Source: Clostridia bacterium
GTDB lineage: Bacteria > Bacillota > Clostridia > Christensenellales > UBA1242
Direction: 5' to 3'
Assembly: GCA_017399265.1 (NCBI GenBank)
Contig: JAFQDL010000009.1
Coordinates: forward strand, 130,078 to 194,077
Length of the DNA: 64,000 bases
Positions 21,410-31,437 of this stretch are shown piece by piece. Position 1 is the stretch's first letter. Each line of letters opens with the position of its first letter. A model generated the notes under the pieces. The model did no database searches, was not told the DNA's origin, and saw nothing but the letters and a program-made list of their open reading frames with translations. Both the position numbers and the translations under genes were made by a program.

Positions 21410-22666
21410 TTAAAATCTATAATACTGTGGGTGTATAATATGTAGTTCTGCTTGAGGATTTATCTCACCCAAGGCTTCATCAAGTAACATGTTGCCTCTA
21501 CCAATACTCATATACCCATATTTCTTTTTGATTTTTCCTATTATATTATCTAGTTGTTCAGATTTGGCAATTTGATGGTTGGTTGTTAACAGATTGGTTT
21601 GCATAACTTCACTAAAATCTTTAAGTCTAATACCAATAGCGCGAATAGGTGTGCTTAAATCATAAGATTTTTCAAATAGCTCTATAGAATATTTAGCGAT
21701 GTCGTTACATGTGTCTGTTGGATAAGGTAACTTCATTTGCCTCTCAATACTATTTAACTCAAAATCTTTAATAAATATTTGTATTTCTTTGCAATAATAA
21801 TTTTCTTTTTTTAGTCTGTTTGCTACACATTCAGAGAGTGTGTATATTACAGTTTTTACCTCTTCGATAGTTGTTAAATCTTTTGGACAAGTTGTGCTAT
21901 TGCCTATCGACTTAATTTCATCTTTATCTGAAGAATGTTTTACAGGGCTTAAATCTAATCCGTTGGCAAATTCCCAAAGCCTTCTACCCATTACACCAAA
22001 ATATTTTTCTAGAAATGTTACATCTGCATTTGCAACATCTCCAATAGTTTTGATATTTAATTTCTCTAATTTTTTATCAGTTGCTCGCCCTACATACAAC
22101 AAATTATTTGCAGGCAAGCCCCATATCCGATCTTTGAAATTTCCTCTAGTTATAAGTGTTATAGCATCAGGCTTTCTTAAATCACTACCAAGTTTGGCAA
22201 ATATTTTGTTAAAGCTTACTCCTATACTAACAGTTAATCCAAAAGTCTCTTTTACCTCTTTTCGTATCATTTCAGCAATTTGCATGGCCTCTGTATAATC
22301 TTTAGCATTTTTGCTTATATCTAGCCAAGATTCGTCTATTCCAAAACTTTCTACATTGTCGGTGTATTTTAAATATACTTGCTTTATTTTTTTAGAAATT
22401 TTTTGATAAACGGATAATCTTGCAGTTATTTTTGTTACCTTTGCCTTTCCTGCTATTTTAGTTTCGGCTTCGTATACCGTTTCTCCAGTCCGTACGCCAA
22501 ATGATTTGGCTACATAATTTTTGGCAAGGACTACACCATGCCTTTTTTCCTGATCACCGACTACGAGTACTGCGTCTTTTCTTATTTTAGGGTTCAGCAA
22601 ACACTCAACGCTAGCATAAAAATTGTTTAAATCACTATGTAAGATAAATCGTCGTAGTATTTCCAT
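21410..22666 (-). CDS. dinB: Y-family DNA polymerase (Pol IV/ImpB-type)
   Basis: 418 aa. N-terminal HSDLNNFYASVE and SIDESWLD motifs are typical of DinB/UmuC polymerases. An SOS box lies in its promoter. Confidence 0.85.
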   Translation of the reverse strand: MEILRRFILHSDLNNFYASVECLLNPKIRKDAVLVVGDQEKRHGVVLAKNYVAKSFGVRTGETVYEAETKIAGKAKVTKITARLSVYQKISKKIKQVYLKYTDNVESFGIDESWLDISKNAKDYTEAMQIAEMIRKEVKETFGLTVSIGVSFNKIFAKLGSDLRKPDAITLITRGNFKDRIWGLPANNLLYVGRATDKKLEKLNIKTIGDVANADVTFLEKYFGVMGRRLWEFANGLDLSPVKHSSDKDEIKSIGNSTTCPKDLTTIEEVKTVIYTLSECVANRLKKENYYCKEIQIFIKDFELNSIERQMKLPYPTDTCNDIAKYSIELFEKSYDLSTPIRAIGIRLKDFSEVMQTNLLTTNHQIAKSEQLDNIIGKIKKKYGYMSIGRGNMLLDEALGEINPQAELHIIHPQYYRF

Positions 22667-22691
22667 GATACCCCCTTTTTACTCTATAGAT

Positions 22692-22721
22692 ATTATATCA
22701 AACATATGTTCGATTTGTCAA
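22692..22721 (-). promoter_or_regulatory. dinB promoter with embedded LexA (Cheo/SOS) box
   Basis: Minus strand reads TTGACA, 18 nt, TATAAT. The spacer contains CGAACATATGTTTG (22699..22712). This matches 13 of 14 positions of CGAACRNRYGTTYC. Confidence 0.7.
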
Positions 22722-22757
22722 TATAAAAACAAAAAAAGCAAAAATGATAATTTTGCT

Positions 22758-23330
22758 TTATACTCTAAATGGGTGTAGTTGTATGTATTCTCTAAATATA
22801 TCAAATGAGTTATTTTTTAGTCGGTTTGCTGTTTGTTGTTGGTCTTCCGATAGAGGAGTCGCTACAAGATTGCTCAAATTTTCCGTTAAATCAATAAAGG
22901 CTTCAATGGTCCTATATATTAGTTGATTGTAATTACAAAAAGTATACCTTTCAATACTGCATGATGTAAAAAATTGTTCATTAAATAATTCTCTGTCCAC
23001 TTGTAATGTTGCGCTAATTCTTTGTAACATTTCTTTTTTGGAAGACGAGGTTTTGCTAATAGTGTTTTCTACCAGATTGATTAGGCTGCAGTAATTAGAA
23101 CTAATAAGGCTATATAGTCTATAATTTTCATTTATATTATTTGGAGTGGGTTGGATATTGTTCGGATTTTCTTCCTGTAAAATATTTGTATTTTTCATGC
23201 TTTGCTCCTTACGAAAATAATTCAAAAATGTTGGATTATTTTCTGATTTTGCATATTCAAGATTTAATTTTTCTACTATTTCGTCATTAAGATGTTCTGG
23301 ATAATCGTTATAAATATTTTTCATTACCAA
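22758..23330 (-). CDS. Hypothetical protein
   Basis: 190-aa ORF. I recognise no family. Confidence 0.45.
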   Translation of the reverse strand: MVMKNIYNDYPEHLNDEIVEKLNLEYAKSENNPTFLNYFRKEQSMKNTNILQEENPNNIQPTPNNINENYRLYSLISSNYCSLINLVENTISKTSSSKKEMLQRISATLQVDRELFNEQFFTSCSIERYTFCNYNQLIYRTIEAFIDLTENLSNLVATPLSEDQQQTANRLKNNSFDIFREYIQLHPFRV

Positions 23331-23491
23331 ATATATATGAATTATTAGTTAAAAAATTTCCTAAAAGATAAAAAAAGTGTAAAAATACAAAATTCAAATG
23401 TTTTTTAAAAAGTTTTTTTAAAAAGTTATATATAGTGTATACTATATATATATCATAAAAAATGTACCAAAGAAGTATTAGAGGTTGTAAT

Positions 23492-26400
23492 ATGAAAAAG
23501 TTTTGGAAGAAATTAGTTTCAGCTGCTGTTGTAACTATGTCATTAAGTATGGCAGGGTGTTCTTGCGGAGAGAGTAATATAGAAGTAGTTTTAAGTTACG
23601 GCGGTAAAATGTCTTCTCAGAGTTTTGAAATCGAGAAAAATAGCGTGTTTGAAAAACCAGCTAATCCAACTCTGGAAGGATATGTATTCGAAGGGTGGTA
23701 TGCAGATAGTGAGTATAAAACAAAATTTGATTTTTCCAAGTCTTTATCATCGTCTACTTTAATATATGCAAAATTTTCTCAATTAAGTAATATAACAAAA
23801 CCAAATACAACCTTATCAACTGATGGTTATGTTCTTTACATACTTAATGAAAAAAGTCATTATTTGGTAGGTGAGTCATTAACATTAAAATTAATAGTTG
23901 CTCAAAGTCATAATTTTTCTATTCCTAGCTTAATTGTCAATGGCGAGGCAATAGAAGCTGCGACGTTCTTTGAGGGTGATGAGGGGTATGAGTTTACTTA
24001 CAACTTAGCAGATTTGCAACCGGATACAGAGATAAGTGTAGATGGCGTTAGTATAAACACATATCACATAGATTTGCCTACAATTACAGGTGCGGTTATT
24101 ACACCTTGTGAAGGATTTAATGCAGATAGCGTAGAATATGGAAGTTCTTTCAAATTCACTATTGAATGTGTTGATGGATATGAAAAAGAATCAGTCAAAG
24201 TAAAATTGAATGGAGAAGAGATTCATAGTTATAATGGAATATATGAAATAAAGAATGTAGTTGATGATAATAATATATTAGAAGTATCAGGTATCAAAAA
24301 ACAAAGACTAAATATTAGTTATTATGAAAATAAAAATAATTTGCCAGTTGTATCGAATACTTTATCAACAAGTAATTTTACTATCACTGCAACGCAATTA
24401 AATAGTATTGAGTATGGAGAAGACTTTGTTTTTGATCTTGAAGTAACTAATCCAAAGTATTTTCTTAGTGATCTTTGTGATAATAAAGATGCCATTGAGG
24501 TTTTGGTGTCCGGTAATAAAGTGGAATATTCTATTGAAAAGGTTCGTGACCAGATTTACGAAGTAAAAATAGAAGGGAAATATATCGTATCAAATATTGA
24601 GGTAATGGTTTTATCTGAATTATTTGAGTTAAATACTTATACTGTTAATATTGCAGATACTAATCTTAATTCAAATGGCTATAGGCTAAAATTTATTAAA
24701 TATTCTTTTGAAGGACAAGAGACTTTAATTAATTCTGATGATAGAAGTATTAAAGTAAAATATGGTTCTAAATTATTTGTAAATATAGAGTATGACGTGG
24801 CTTACTATAATGCACAAAACCTTAAATTATCTTTTGGTGGATATTCATTTAACTATAATAATAAAGAAATATCTTTTGACATTTATCAAGATGGAGAGAT
24901 TAAGGTAACAGGATTGGAACTAAATCATAATACTGTTTCCTTGCCAAAGATTGATGGTGCTGTTATCCAAGGCATAAATGGCTACACCAATAAAGCATAT
25001 TGTAAGAATACAGATAATCTATTAGCAAATACGTTTGAATTTGCTATAGAGATAAAAGAAGGATATGAGAAGAAAAGTGATTTTGCTGTTGGTTATGTTA
25101 AAGGTGGTGAAACCATATATCTTCAAGAAGATAATGGCAAATATACAATAACAGATATAGACGAAGACATATCTATTTCAGTTGTTGGAATTGGGAAAAA
25201 TATTTATAGTATTGGCTTGCCGATGAATTCAAAATTTGAATGCGTTAACGATATAGACTTTGTTGATGCAACTGATGCAACTGGTAGAGTAGAACATGGA
25301 GATGGCGTAATTATAAAAGTTGAATTTAAAGAAGGCTACAACAATTCATTTAATAACATATTGCTATCTGTCAAGAATGCACATGTGTCGGTTAATAATA
25401 TTGAGGGCAATATAATTTATTATAATCTTTGGAATATTACTGGAAATATTACTCCCGAAGATTTTGAAATGACAGGCTTTGCAAAAAATAGATATACAAT
25501 ATCAATTCCTCAACAAAGATTAAACTATAAGTTGTTAAATAGAGATTTGCAAGAAGTTTCATTAAATTATAGATTAGAGTATGGCAAAGAAGTCTATTTA
25601 ATAGTTAGCAAAGATGCAGCGTATACGAAAGCAGACTATGTAGTGTTAATTAATGGCGAAGAATATGTACCAGAAAACGATATTATATATATACAATCTG
25701 TAACTTCAAATATTGAAATAGAGATATTGGGGATTAATGAAGTTAATACATATTCAGTCAACTTTTATGCATCTGATGGAGAAACGCTTCTTTCGTCTGC
25801 AACTTATACACATGGTAATCAAATAACAATACCTAATAATACAGAAGAAATAGAGTATTATCAATTTACTGGTTGGGACGTTTTTGATACTAGTGGCACA
25901 TTAATTAAGTTTGTAGAGTATTCGAAAGATTTAAATATGTATGCTGATGCAGACGTTAATATAGTAGCTCATTTTGATGCAATACGATTTGTAGTTACTT
26001 ATGATTTTGGTAGTGGATATATTAATGAGCATATAGATAATACTTTAAATCCGGAATATTTCACATGTGAAAGTTTTTCAAATGGCAACATTGTATTTGA
26101 TAGTTCCAAATACGAGTTAGATGGATACACATTTGATTATTTTGTTCTTGCAGAAGATATGCAGACATTAAATGGTACTATTTTGGCAGGAACTAGGATA
26201 GACGAGATAAAACCTGAAATGCTTTGCGATATAAAATTAACTGCTGTATGGATAATTACAGTTGGCGAAAACGCCAATTACACTAACTTGTCAGACGCTG
26301 TAAGAAATGCAGTGGAAAATGATACTATAAAAATTGTTGACAAGTATTTGTATGAAACGAAAAGTGTTTCTATAAACAAATCGTTAAATATTATAGGTGT

Positions 26401-28138
26401 AGATGATAGGACAAGTATTTATTCAGATGCTTTGGCTCCAGGAACTCAAATAAATGGATATTTATCATATCTATCTATAGGCAACACGAATAAAGTAATC
26501 AATGTTTCTTTAAGTAATATTTATCTAGAATATGAGTGCCCAACAACAACTTATGATGCTGTATGTGTAGACGCATATAATTGTAATCTATCATTAAATA
26601 ATATGTTAATTAAATCCAATTCTAATTCATTAAATTATGTTGGCAGTGGCGATATATATAATCAAGATGGTGTTCTAATATCTGGTAGAACAAGCTTGGC
26701 TGTAACCAATTGCGAGCTTGATGTTAAGAATAATGAAAATTATCAAAGAGAGTATGCTGTTAAAGTAATGGCTCTAGGTGAAGGTGTAGTTGTTAATCTT
26801 AACAATACAAAGATATCACATTTAGCAACTATTGATGGATTTAAGGGTATATGGATAGCAAAAGAATATAAAAGGTATCAGAGTACTGAAGATGAAGTTA
26901 AGGTTAATACTTATGGTTTAACATTAGATATTGATGGTGTAACATTTGTTGCTAATTCGTATAGCGGTGATGAAAAATCTGCTATATATTCTCAAATTAA
27001 CAGTGTTTTGAACGTTAGAAACACAACATTATCAAACATTGTTAACTCAAACAATGTTAGAGCTTGGACGAATTTTGTATTAATTGATCATAAGACAAAT
27101 TTAACAAGCAGCACTGAAGCTAACAGCAATATTATGGCATCTGATATATCTAAGTATGATTATTTATACTCAGAAGATAGCGGCAATGTGTTTAATGCGG
27201 TAAATATTGTAAAAATTAAATATTATGACATTATGCTTGGTGGAGATGTATCTATATACAATACTATTCTAGACGGAATAGTTGATGAATGGATAGAATT
27301 CTATGGTGGCAATACAATAAGTTATATTCATGCATATGACAAACTAAAATATAAGCCAAGAAGTAGTAATACAGATATTATAGTTAATACAGAAATTTCT
27401 GTTGCTGAAAATAAAGTTATAGATTGCGGTAAATACAATATAATATTTAATAACAAACTAACTAATGATGGTAATATAAATTGTGCAGATTTCGCTACTA
27501 ATTCTGTATTTGAAAATTATGGAGTTGTGTCGACAACATATCTTACTATTGAGAAAGATAGTTCTACAACAAATTCAGGCAAGATAGCCTCAAAATATTT
27601 TAATATCGATGGGGTTTTCACAAATGCTTCAGATGGCAATATAGAAACGAGTAGCAGTATAACTATATATAGCTCAACAATTACTAATAATGGGACAATT
27701 AAAGCTAGTTCTATAGATCTAAGCGCACCATGTAATTTTACTAATTATGGAGACATTGAAGTAACGGGTAGTTTTTCACTTAATATGCCATATGGTTCTA
27801 CTATTACAATAGATGAAAATGTGGTATTTAATAACTACGGCACGCTAAAAGCTAATTATATATATAATGGTGGCAAAATTAACAATTATGAATTGTTTGT
27901 AGAAGAAGAAATGCAAGCGAATACTACAACAAAGATATTGTCCAACTATGGTGTTTTAATTATAGAGGGCAAAGTTTGTGTTGAGGATTCTTATTATGAT
28001 TCAGAAATCTCTAGCCTTACTATTAACGAACAAGCAATATTAGATTTGAGTAATGTAAAAAATTTTGATAGAATCAATGGAACAGTTACTGATAATGGAG
28101 GAAGCATTATAAAACCAGAAGCAATTCCTGAAGAATAA
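23492..28138 (+). CDS. Giant surface lipoprotein with List-Bact-type repeats, tandem Ig-like modules and a C-terminal beta-helix-like region
   Basis: Start at ATG 23492 after GAGG. Signal peptide with lipobox LSMAGC. GYVFEGWYADSEYKTKFDF and YYQFTGWDV resemble Listeria-Bacteroides repeats. At least 6 ~90-aa modules share I.LP...GA.I...EGYEK. The Asn/Ile-rich C-terminal third looks like a parallel beta-helix. Confidence 0.8.
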   Translation: MKKFWKKLVSAAVVTMSLSMAGCSCGESNIEVVLSYGGKMSSQSFEIEKNSVFEKPANPTLEGYVFEGWYADSEYKTKFDFSKSLSSSTLIYAKFSQLSNITKPNTTLSTDGYVLYILNEKSHYLVGESLTLKLIVAQSHNFSIPSLIVNGEAIEAATFFEGDEGYEFTYNLADLQPDTEISVDGVSINTYHIDLPTITGAVITPCEGFNADSVEYGSSFKFTIECVDGYEKESVKVKLNGEEIHSYNGIYEIKNVVDDNNILEVSGIKKQRLNISYYENKNNLPVVSNTLSTSNFTITATQLNSIEYGEDFVFDLEVTNPKYFLSDLCDNKDAIEVLVSGNKVEYSIEKVRDQIYEVKIEGKYIVSNIEVMVLSELFELNTYTVNIADTNLNSNGYRLKFIKYSFEGQETLINSDDRSIKVKYGSKLFVNIEYDVAYYNAQNLKLSFGGYSFNYNNKEISFDIYQDGEIKVTGLELNHNTVSLPKIDGAVIQGINGYTNKAYCKNTDNLLANTFEFAIEIKEGYEKKSDFAVGYVKGGETIYLQEDNGKYTITDIDEDISISVVGIGKNIYSIGLPMNSKFECVNDIDFVDATDATGRVEHGDGVIIKVEFKEGYNNSFNNILLSVKNAHVSVNNIEGNIIYYNLWNITGNITPEDFEMTGFAKNRYTISIPQQRLNYKLLNRDLQEVSLNYRLEYGKEVYLIVSKDAAYTKADYVVLINGEEYVPENDIIYIQSVTSNIEIEILGINEVNTYSVNFYASDGETLLSSATYTHGNQITIPNNTEEIEYYQFTGWDVFDTSGTLIKFVEYSKDLNMYADADVNIVAHFDAIRFVVTYDFGSGYINEHIDNTLNPEYFTCESFSNGNIVFDSSKYELDGYTFDYFVLAEDMQTLNGTILAGTRIDEIKPEMLCDIKLTAVWIITVGENANYTNLSDAVRNAVENDTIKIVDKYLYETKSVSINKSLNIIGVDDRTSIYSDALAPGTQINGYLSYLSIGNTNKVINVSLSNIYLEYECPTTTYDAVCVDAYNCNLSLNNMLIKSNSNSLNYVGSGDIYNQDGVLISGRTSLAVTNCELDVKNNENYQREYAVKVMALGEGVVVNLNNTKISHLATIDGFKGIWIAKEYKRYQSTEDEVKVNTYGLTLDIDGVTFVANSYSGDEKSAIYSQINSVLNVRNTTLSNIVNSNNVRAWTNFVLIDHKTNLTSSTEANSNIMASDISKYDYLYSEDSGNVFNAVNIVKIKYYDIMLGGDVSIYNTILDGIVDEWIEFYGGNTISYIHAYDKLKYKPRSSNTDIIVNTEISVAENKVIDCGKYNIIFNNKLTNDGNINCADFATNSVFENYGVVSTTYLTIEKDSSTTNSGKIASKYFNIDGVFTNASDGNIETSSSITIYSSTITNNGTIKASSIDLSAPCNFTNYGDIEVTGSFSLNMPYGSTITIDENVVFNNYGTLKANYIYNGGKINNYELFVEEEMQANTTTKILSNYGVLIIEGKVCVEDSYYDSEISSLTINEQAILDLSNVKNFDRINGTVTDNGGSIIKPEAIPEE

Positions 28139-28146
28139 CAGAAAAA

Positions 28147-28177
28147 AACTTGGAAAATTTACATTCCAAGTTTTTTT
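28147..28177. terminator. Bidirectional terminator between convergent genes
   Basis: aacttggaa / ttccaagtt stem, with an A-run before and T7 after. Confidence 0.75.
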
Positions 28178-28215
28178 GTTGTCTTAATATAAGATAATTA
28201 TAAATAATCAAATTA

Positions 28216-29508
28216 CTATGGAGTAATTCTATTAGGTCCACGGAAGATATATGTTGCTTCTTTGATAGTAGGAAGATTAAGTAGTTTTGCAAGCATTCTT
28301 GCAATTCCTAGTCCAATTCCGCCATGAGTAGGACAACCATATCTAAAGAATTCTAAATAGTCGTTCATTATTGCTGGATCTATACCTTTTTCAGCAATTT
28401 GAGCTTTAAGCACTTCATATCTATGTTCTCTTTGAGCACCTGATGTGATTTCAATACCCTTCCATAGAAGGTCGAAAGATTTACAAAGTTTAGGATTGTC
28501 TTCGCATTTCATTGAATAGAATGCTCTTGCTTCAAATGGATATTCTGTAATATAGACAAAGTCGCTATTGTACTTTTCTTTTACATATTGACAGATTAAT
28601 TTTTCGCTTTCTGGATCAAAGTCTACTTTTTCGCCTTTGTATCCATATTCTTTTTCTACGATATCAAGTGCTTCGTGGAATGGAATTCTAGGGAAATCGC
28701 ATTCTGGAATATCTATCTCAACATCAAAAGTTTCTTTTAGTTCAGTGCTATGAGCGTCTTTTACTGCTTGTAAAGCATTACGTAATGCACCTTCTAAATA
28801 ATCCATTACATCATGGTGAGATTCAATATGGCTGATTTCGAAGTCAAAACCAATGAATTCTGTAGCATGTCTGTTAGTAAATGATGACTCAGCTCTAAAA
28901 TAATCACCTATTTCAAAAACTTTATCAAATCCACTAGCCATTGCCATTTGCTTGTATAGTTGAGGGCTTTGAGTAAGGTAAGCAGGTTGTCCGAAATAAT
29001 CTAGCTTAAATACTTCACTTCCGCCTTCGCTTGATTGAATAGTGATTTTAGGGGTGTGAATTTCAATAGCGCCAGTGCTAATCATATAGTCTCTGATACC
29101 TTTTTCCAAAGTAGTATTTACTCTAAAGATAAGGGATTTGTTGCCATCTCTTAGGTCTATCCATCTGTGATTTAATCTTTGATCAAGGCTAGCTTCTTTT
29201 GTAATAGGAAGAGCATCTGCAATACTATCTACTGTAAGAGTTGTTGGGAAGAATTCAATCCCACCCATTTTTACATATTCAGATAGAACAGCTTTACCAG
29301 TTACAGTGATTACACTGTTTGCAATTACATTAGATAATTTCTCTGTCATTTCTGGATTAGTAGCTTTGTCAATTGTGATTTGTATTTGTCCAGTGATATC
29401 TTTTAGGACAATAAATATCATATTTTTTGGATTTCTTATTCTTTCTATCCAGCCACTAAGTTTTACTTCAGTCTCTGGTACAATGTCTTTGATATAAGTT
29501 CTTTTCAT
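28216..29508 (-). CDS. aspS: Aspartate--tRNA ligase, short archaeal-type (type 2) form
   Basis: 430 aa, class IIb. Has LTQSPQLYKQ (QSPQ is Asp-type, Asn-type has QSGQ), FRAESSFTNRHATEF motif 2, and a C-terminal GGIGLGIARM...FRGPNRITP. Confidence 0.8.
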   Translation of the reverse strand: MKRTYIKDIVPETEVKLSGWIERIRNPKNMIFIVLKDITGQIQITIDKATNPEMTEKLSNVIANSVITVTGKAVLSEYVKMGGIEFFPTTLTVDSIADALPITKEASLDQRLNHRWIDLRDGNKSLIFRVNTTLEKGIRDYMISTGAIEIHTPKITIQSSEGGSEVFKLDYFGQPAYLTQSPQLYKQMAMASGFDKVFEIGDYFRAESSFTNRHATEFIGFDFEISHIESHHDVMDYLEGALRNALQAVKDAHSTELKETFDVEIDIPECDFPRIPFHEALDIVEKEYGYKGEKVDFDPESEKLICQYVKEKYNSDFVYITEYPFEARAFYSMKCEDNPKLCKSFDLLWKGIEITSGAQREHRYEVLKAQIAEKGIDPAIMNDYLEFFRYGCPTHGGIGLGIARMLAKLLNLPTIKEATYIFRGPNRITP

Positions 29509-29588
29509 AAAGTTTATTTCCTTCTTTTATATTTTACCTTTGTATAATACTACAAAATTAAATTTATTTCAACATTTTTAATAAATTT

Positions 29589-30368
29589 TTAGGTGCAAAG
29601 TTTGTTTGTTGCCCATAGAACCCAGCTTCTAGGGACAAATCTACTTAAGAAATACATCATTTTATGTTTTCCGCCAATTATATACATTGGTTTATATTTC
29701 TTTTTATTAATAATCTTGTACATTCTATTCGCACACACCTCTGCTGGAATTCTCTTATTTTCTCTGCCGTCTACTTTTTTAGTTGCTTTAACAACAGCAT
29801 CGCCATATCTTTCGTTGGTTGCAAATTCTTTTACTCTGTTTGCGGTGAAATTGGTTTTGATGTCTCCAGGACAAATTGTGCATAGGTCGATACCCAGATT
29901 AATCAATTCTAATCTTTGTGCATAAGTCATACTAACGACAGCTGCCTTTACGGCTGCATAGTGAGCTCTATAAGGAACAGGGAAGAATGCCATTGCGCTG
30001 CCCGTGTTCACAATCTTTCCACCTTTTTGCATTATTGGTAGTGCATATTTCGTGCAATTAACCACTCCGAAATAATCGACATCAAATATTTTCTTGCTTT
30101 GCTCAGTTGGTATAAGTTCTGTTATACCACTCATGCCAAAACCTGCATTATTTAGCAATATGTCTACTCTACCAAATCTTTTTGTAATATCTGAGAAAGT
30201 CTCTTTTACTTGTTCTTCGTTAGATACGTCGCAACTATATTGCATATTGTCTTCTGGATTAGCATCAAGTGCTAAAACAATTACTTTATCATTATCTTCT
30301 CTAAATTTTTCTGCCAAAGCTTTACCTATTCCGCTTGTTCCGCCAGTAATCACCACTATTCTATCCAT
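29589..30368 (-). CDS. SDR-family oxidoreductase
   Basis: ITGGTSGIGKALA (TGxxxGxG), NNAG, and YAAVKAA (YxxxK). Confidence 0.85.
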   Translation of the reverse strand: MDRIVVITGGTSGIGKALAEKFREDNDKVIVLALDANPEDNMQYSCDVSNEEQVKETFSDITKRFGRVDILLNNAGFGMSGITELIPTEQSKKIFDVDYFGVVNCTKYALPIMQKGGKIVNTGSAMAFFPVPYRAHYAAVKAAVVSMTYAQRLELINLGIDLCTICPGDIKTNFTANRVKEFATNERYGDAVVKATKKVDGRENKRIPAEVCANRMYKIINKKKYKPMYIIGGKHKMMYFLSRFVPRSWVLWATNKLCT

Positions 30369-30502
30369 AAGTTCTCCTATAAATTATTTGATAATGTAAT
30401 TATATCATAATACGCTTAGAACTTAAAATTATTTTATAAATCTTTGATTTTTGCAACAAATTCTTAAATTTTATGTTACAATAAAAATATAGGAATAAAG
30501 AT

Positions 30503-30961
30503 ATGAAAAAATATAAGACAATTACAGAAATAATAAGCCAATGCGTGATTGACATTGAAGAAGATATAAAAAATTTAAAATTTATAAGGTGTATTGACTT
30601 TATAGATATATTTCCTGTATCCGAAGAACATAAATCAGTGTTAGATAAAGAGGCTTTGGAAATGGCTACTATTGTTGACAAAACTGAACAAGGGAACTTC
30701 TATGTGTTTAATGAACCCATAGCAACTAGATTTGGTCAAGTAAAAATCTGTAAGATTAGAAAGTTTGATGAAACTAGACTTAATTGGGTGGCTGCCCCTG
30801 ATTTTGCTACAACTAACTATGATAAATTTTTAGAACTATACAAAAATGATGTAAGATTTAAATATATTGAAAAGCCAACCTACAAAGGCTTAGAGTTTAA
30901 AACAGATAAAAGTTTAATCTATTTTTTAGACGAACTTACAACGGATTATTATAATATTTAA
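30503..30961 (+). CDS. Hypothetical protein
   Basis: 152-aa ORF, first gene of an apparent three-gene plus-strand unit with the HIT protein and a hydrolase. Confidence 0.5.
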   Translation: MKKYKTITEIISQCVIDIEEDIKNLKFIRCIDFIDIFPVSEEHKSVLDKEALEMATIVDKTEQGNFYVFNEPIATRFGQVKICKIRKFDETRLNWVAAPDFATTNYDKFLELYKNDVRFKYIEKPTYKGLEFKTDKSLIYFLDELTTDYYNI

Positions 30962-30974
30962 TAAGGAGTAATTT

Positions 30975-31433
30975 ATGATTTGTAAACATTGCAATATTGA
31001 TGAGAGTAAACTTATTTATAAGGGTAAATATTGGATTTTATCTTTTCATAAACAAGACTATTTGGGAAGATGTGTGCTTTCTACAAATAGACATATTGAT
31101 AATTTCAATAAACTGACTGATGAAGAAATCATTTCTTTGCGAAATATGTTAAAAGCTATAGAAAATGAATTGGAAGAATTATTTGGCTGCACTATGCTTA
31201 ATTGGTGTTGTAATATGAATAATGTATATGCAGAAGACAAACCAGAGCCACACGTCCATATTCACATAAGGCCACGATATAAAGATGTAGTTAATGTTAA
31301 TGATATAATGTATAAAGACAATGAGTTTGGTTCTCATTATGACAGATTTGCAAAAGTTCAATTTGATGATGAAACCATTGAATTTATTTATAATGAAATG
31401 AAAGAAAATTTTAAAAAATATATTAAGGAATAA
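30975..31433 (+). CDS. HIT-family (histidine triad) protein
   Basis: PHVHIHIRPRY matches the HxHxHxx triad. AGGAG SD. Confidence 0.8.
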   Translation: MICKHCNIDESKLIYKGKYWILSFHKQDYLGRCVLSTNRHIDNFNKLTDEEIISLRNMLKAIENELEELFGCTMLNWCCNMNNVYAEDKPEPHVHIHIRPRYKDVVNVNDIMYKDNEFGSHYDRFAKVQFDDETIEFIYNEMKENFKKYIKE

Positions 31434-31437
31434 TAAA

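Noticed and set aside
30400-30681. 93-aa minus-strand ORF overlapping the start of 30503..30961.
   Set aside because: Low-complexity hydrophobic translation with no SD. It overlaps a plus-strand ORF that has a good SD and heads a three-gene unit.
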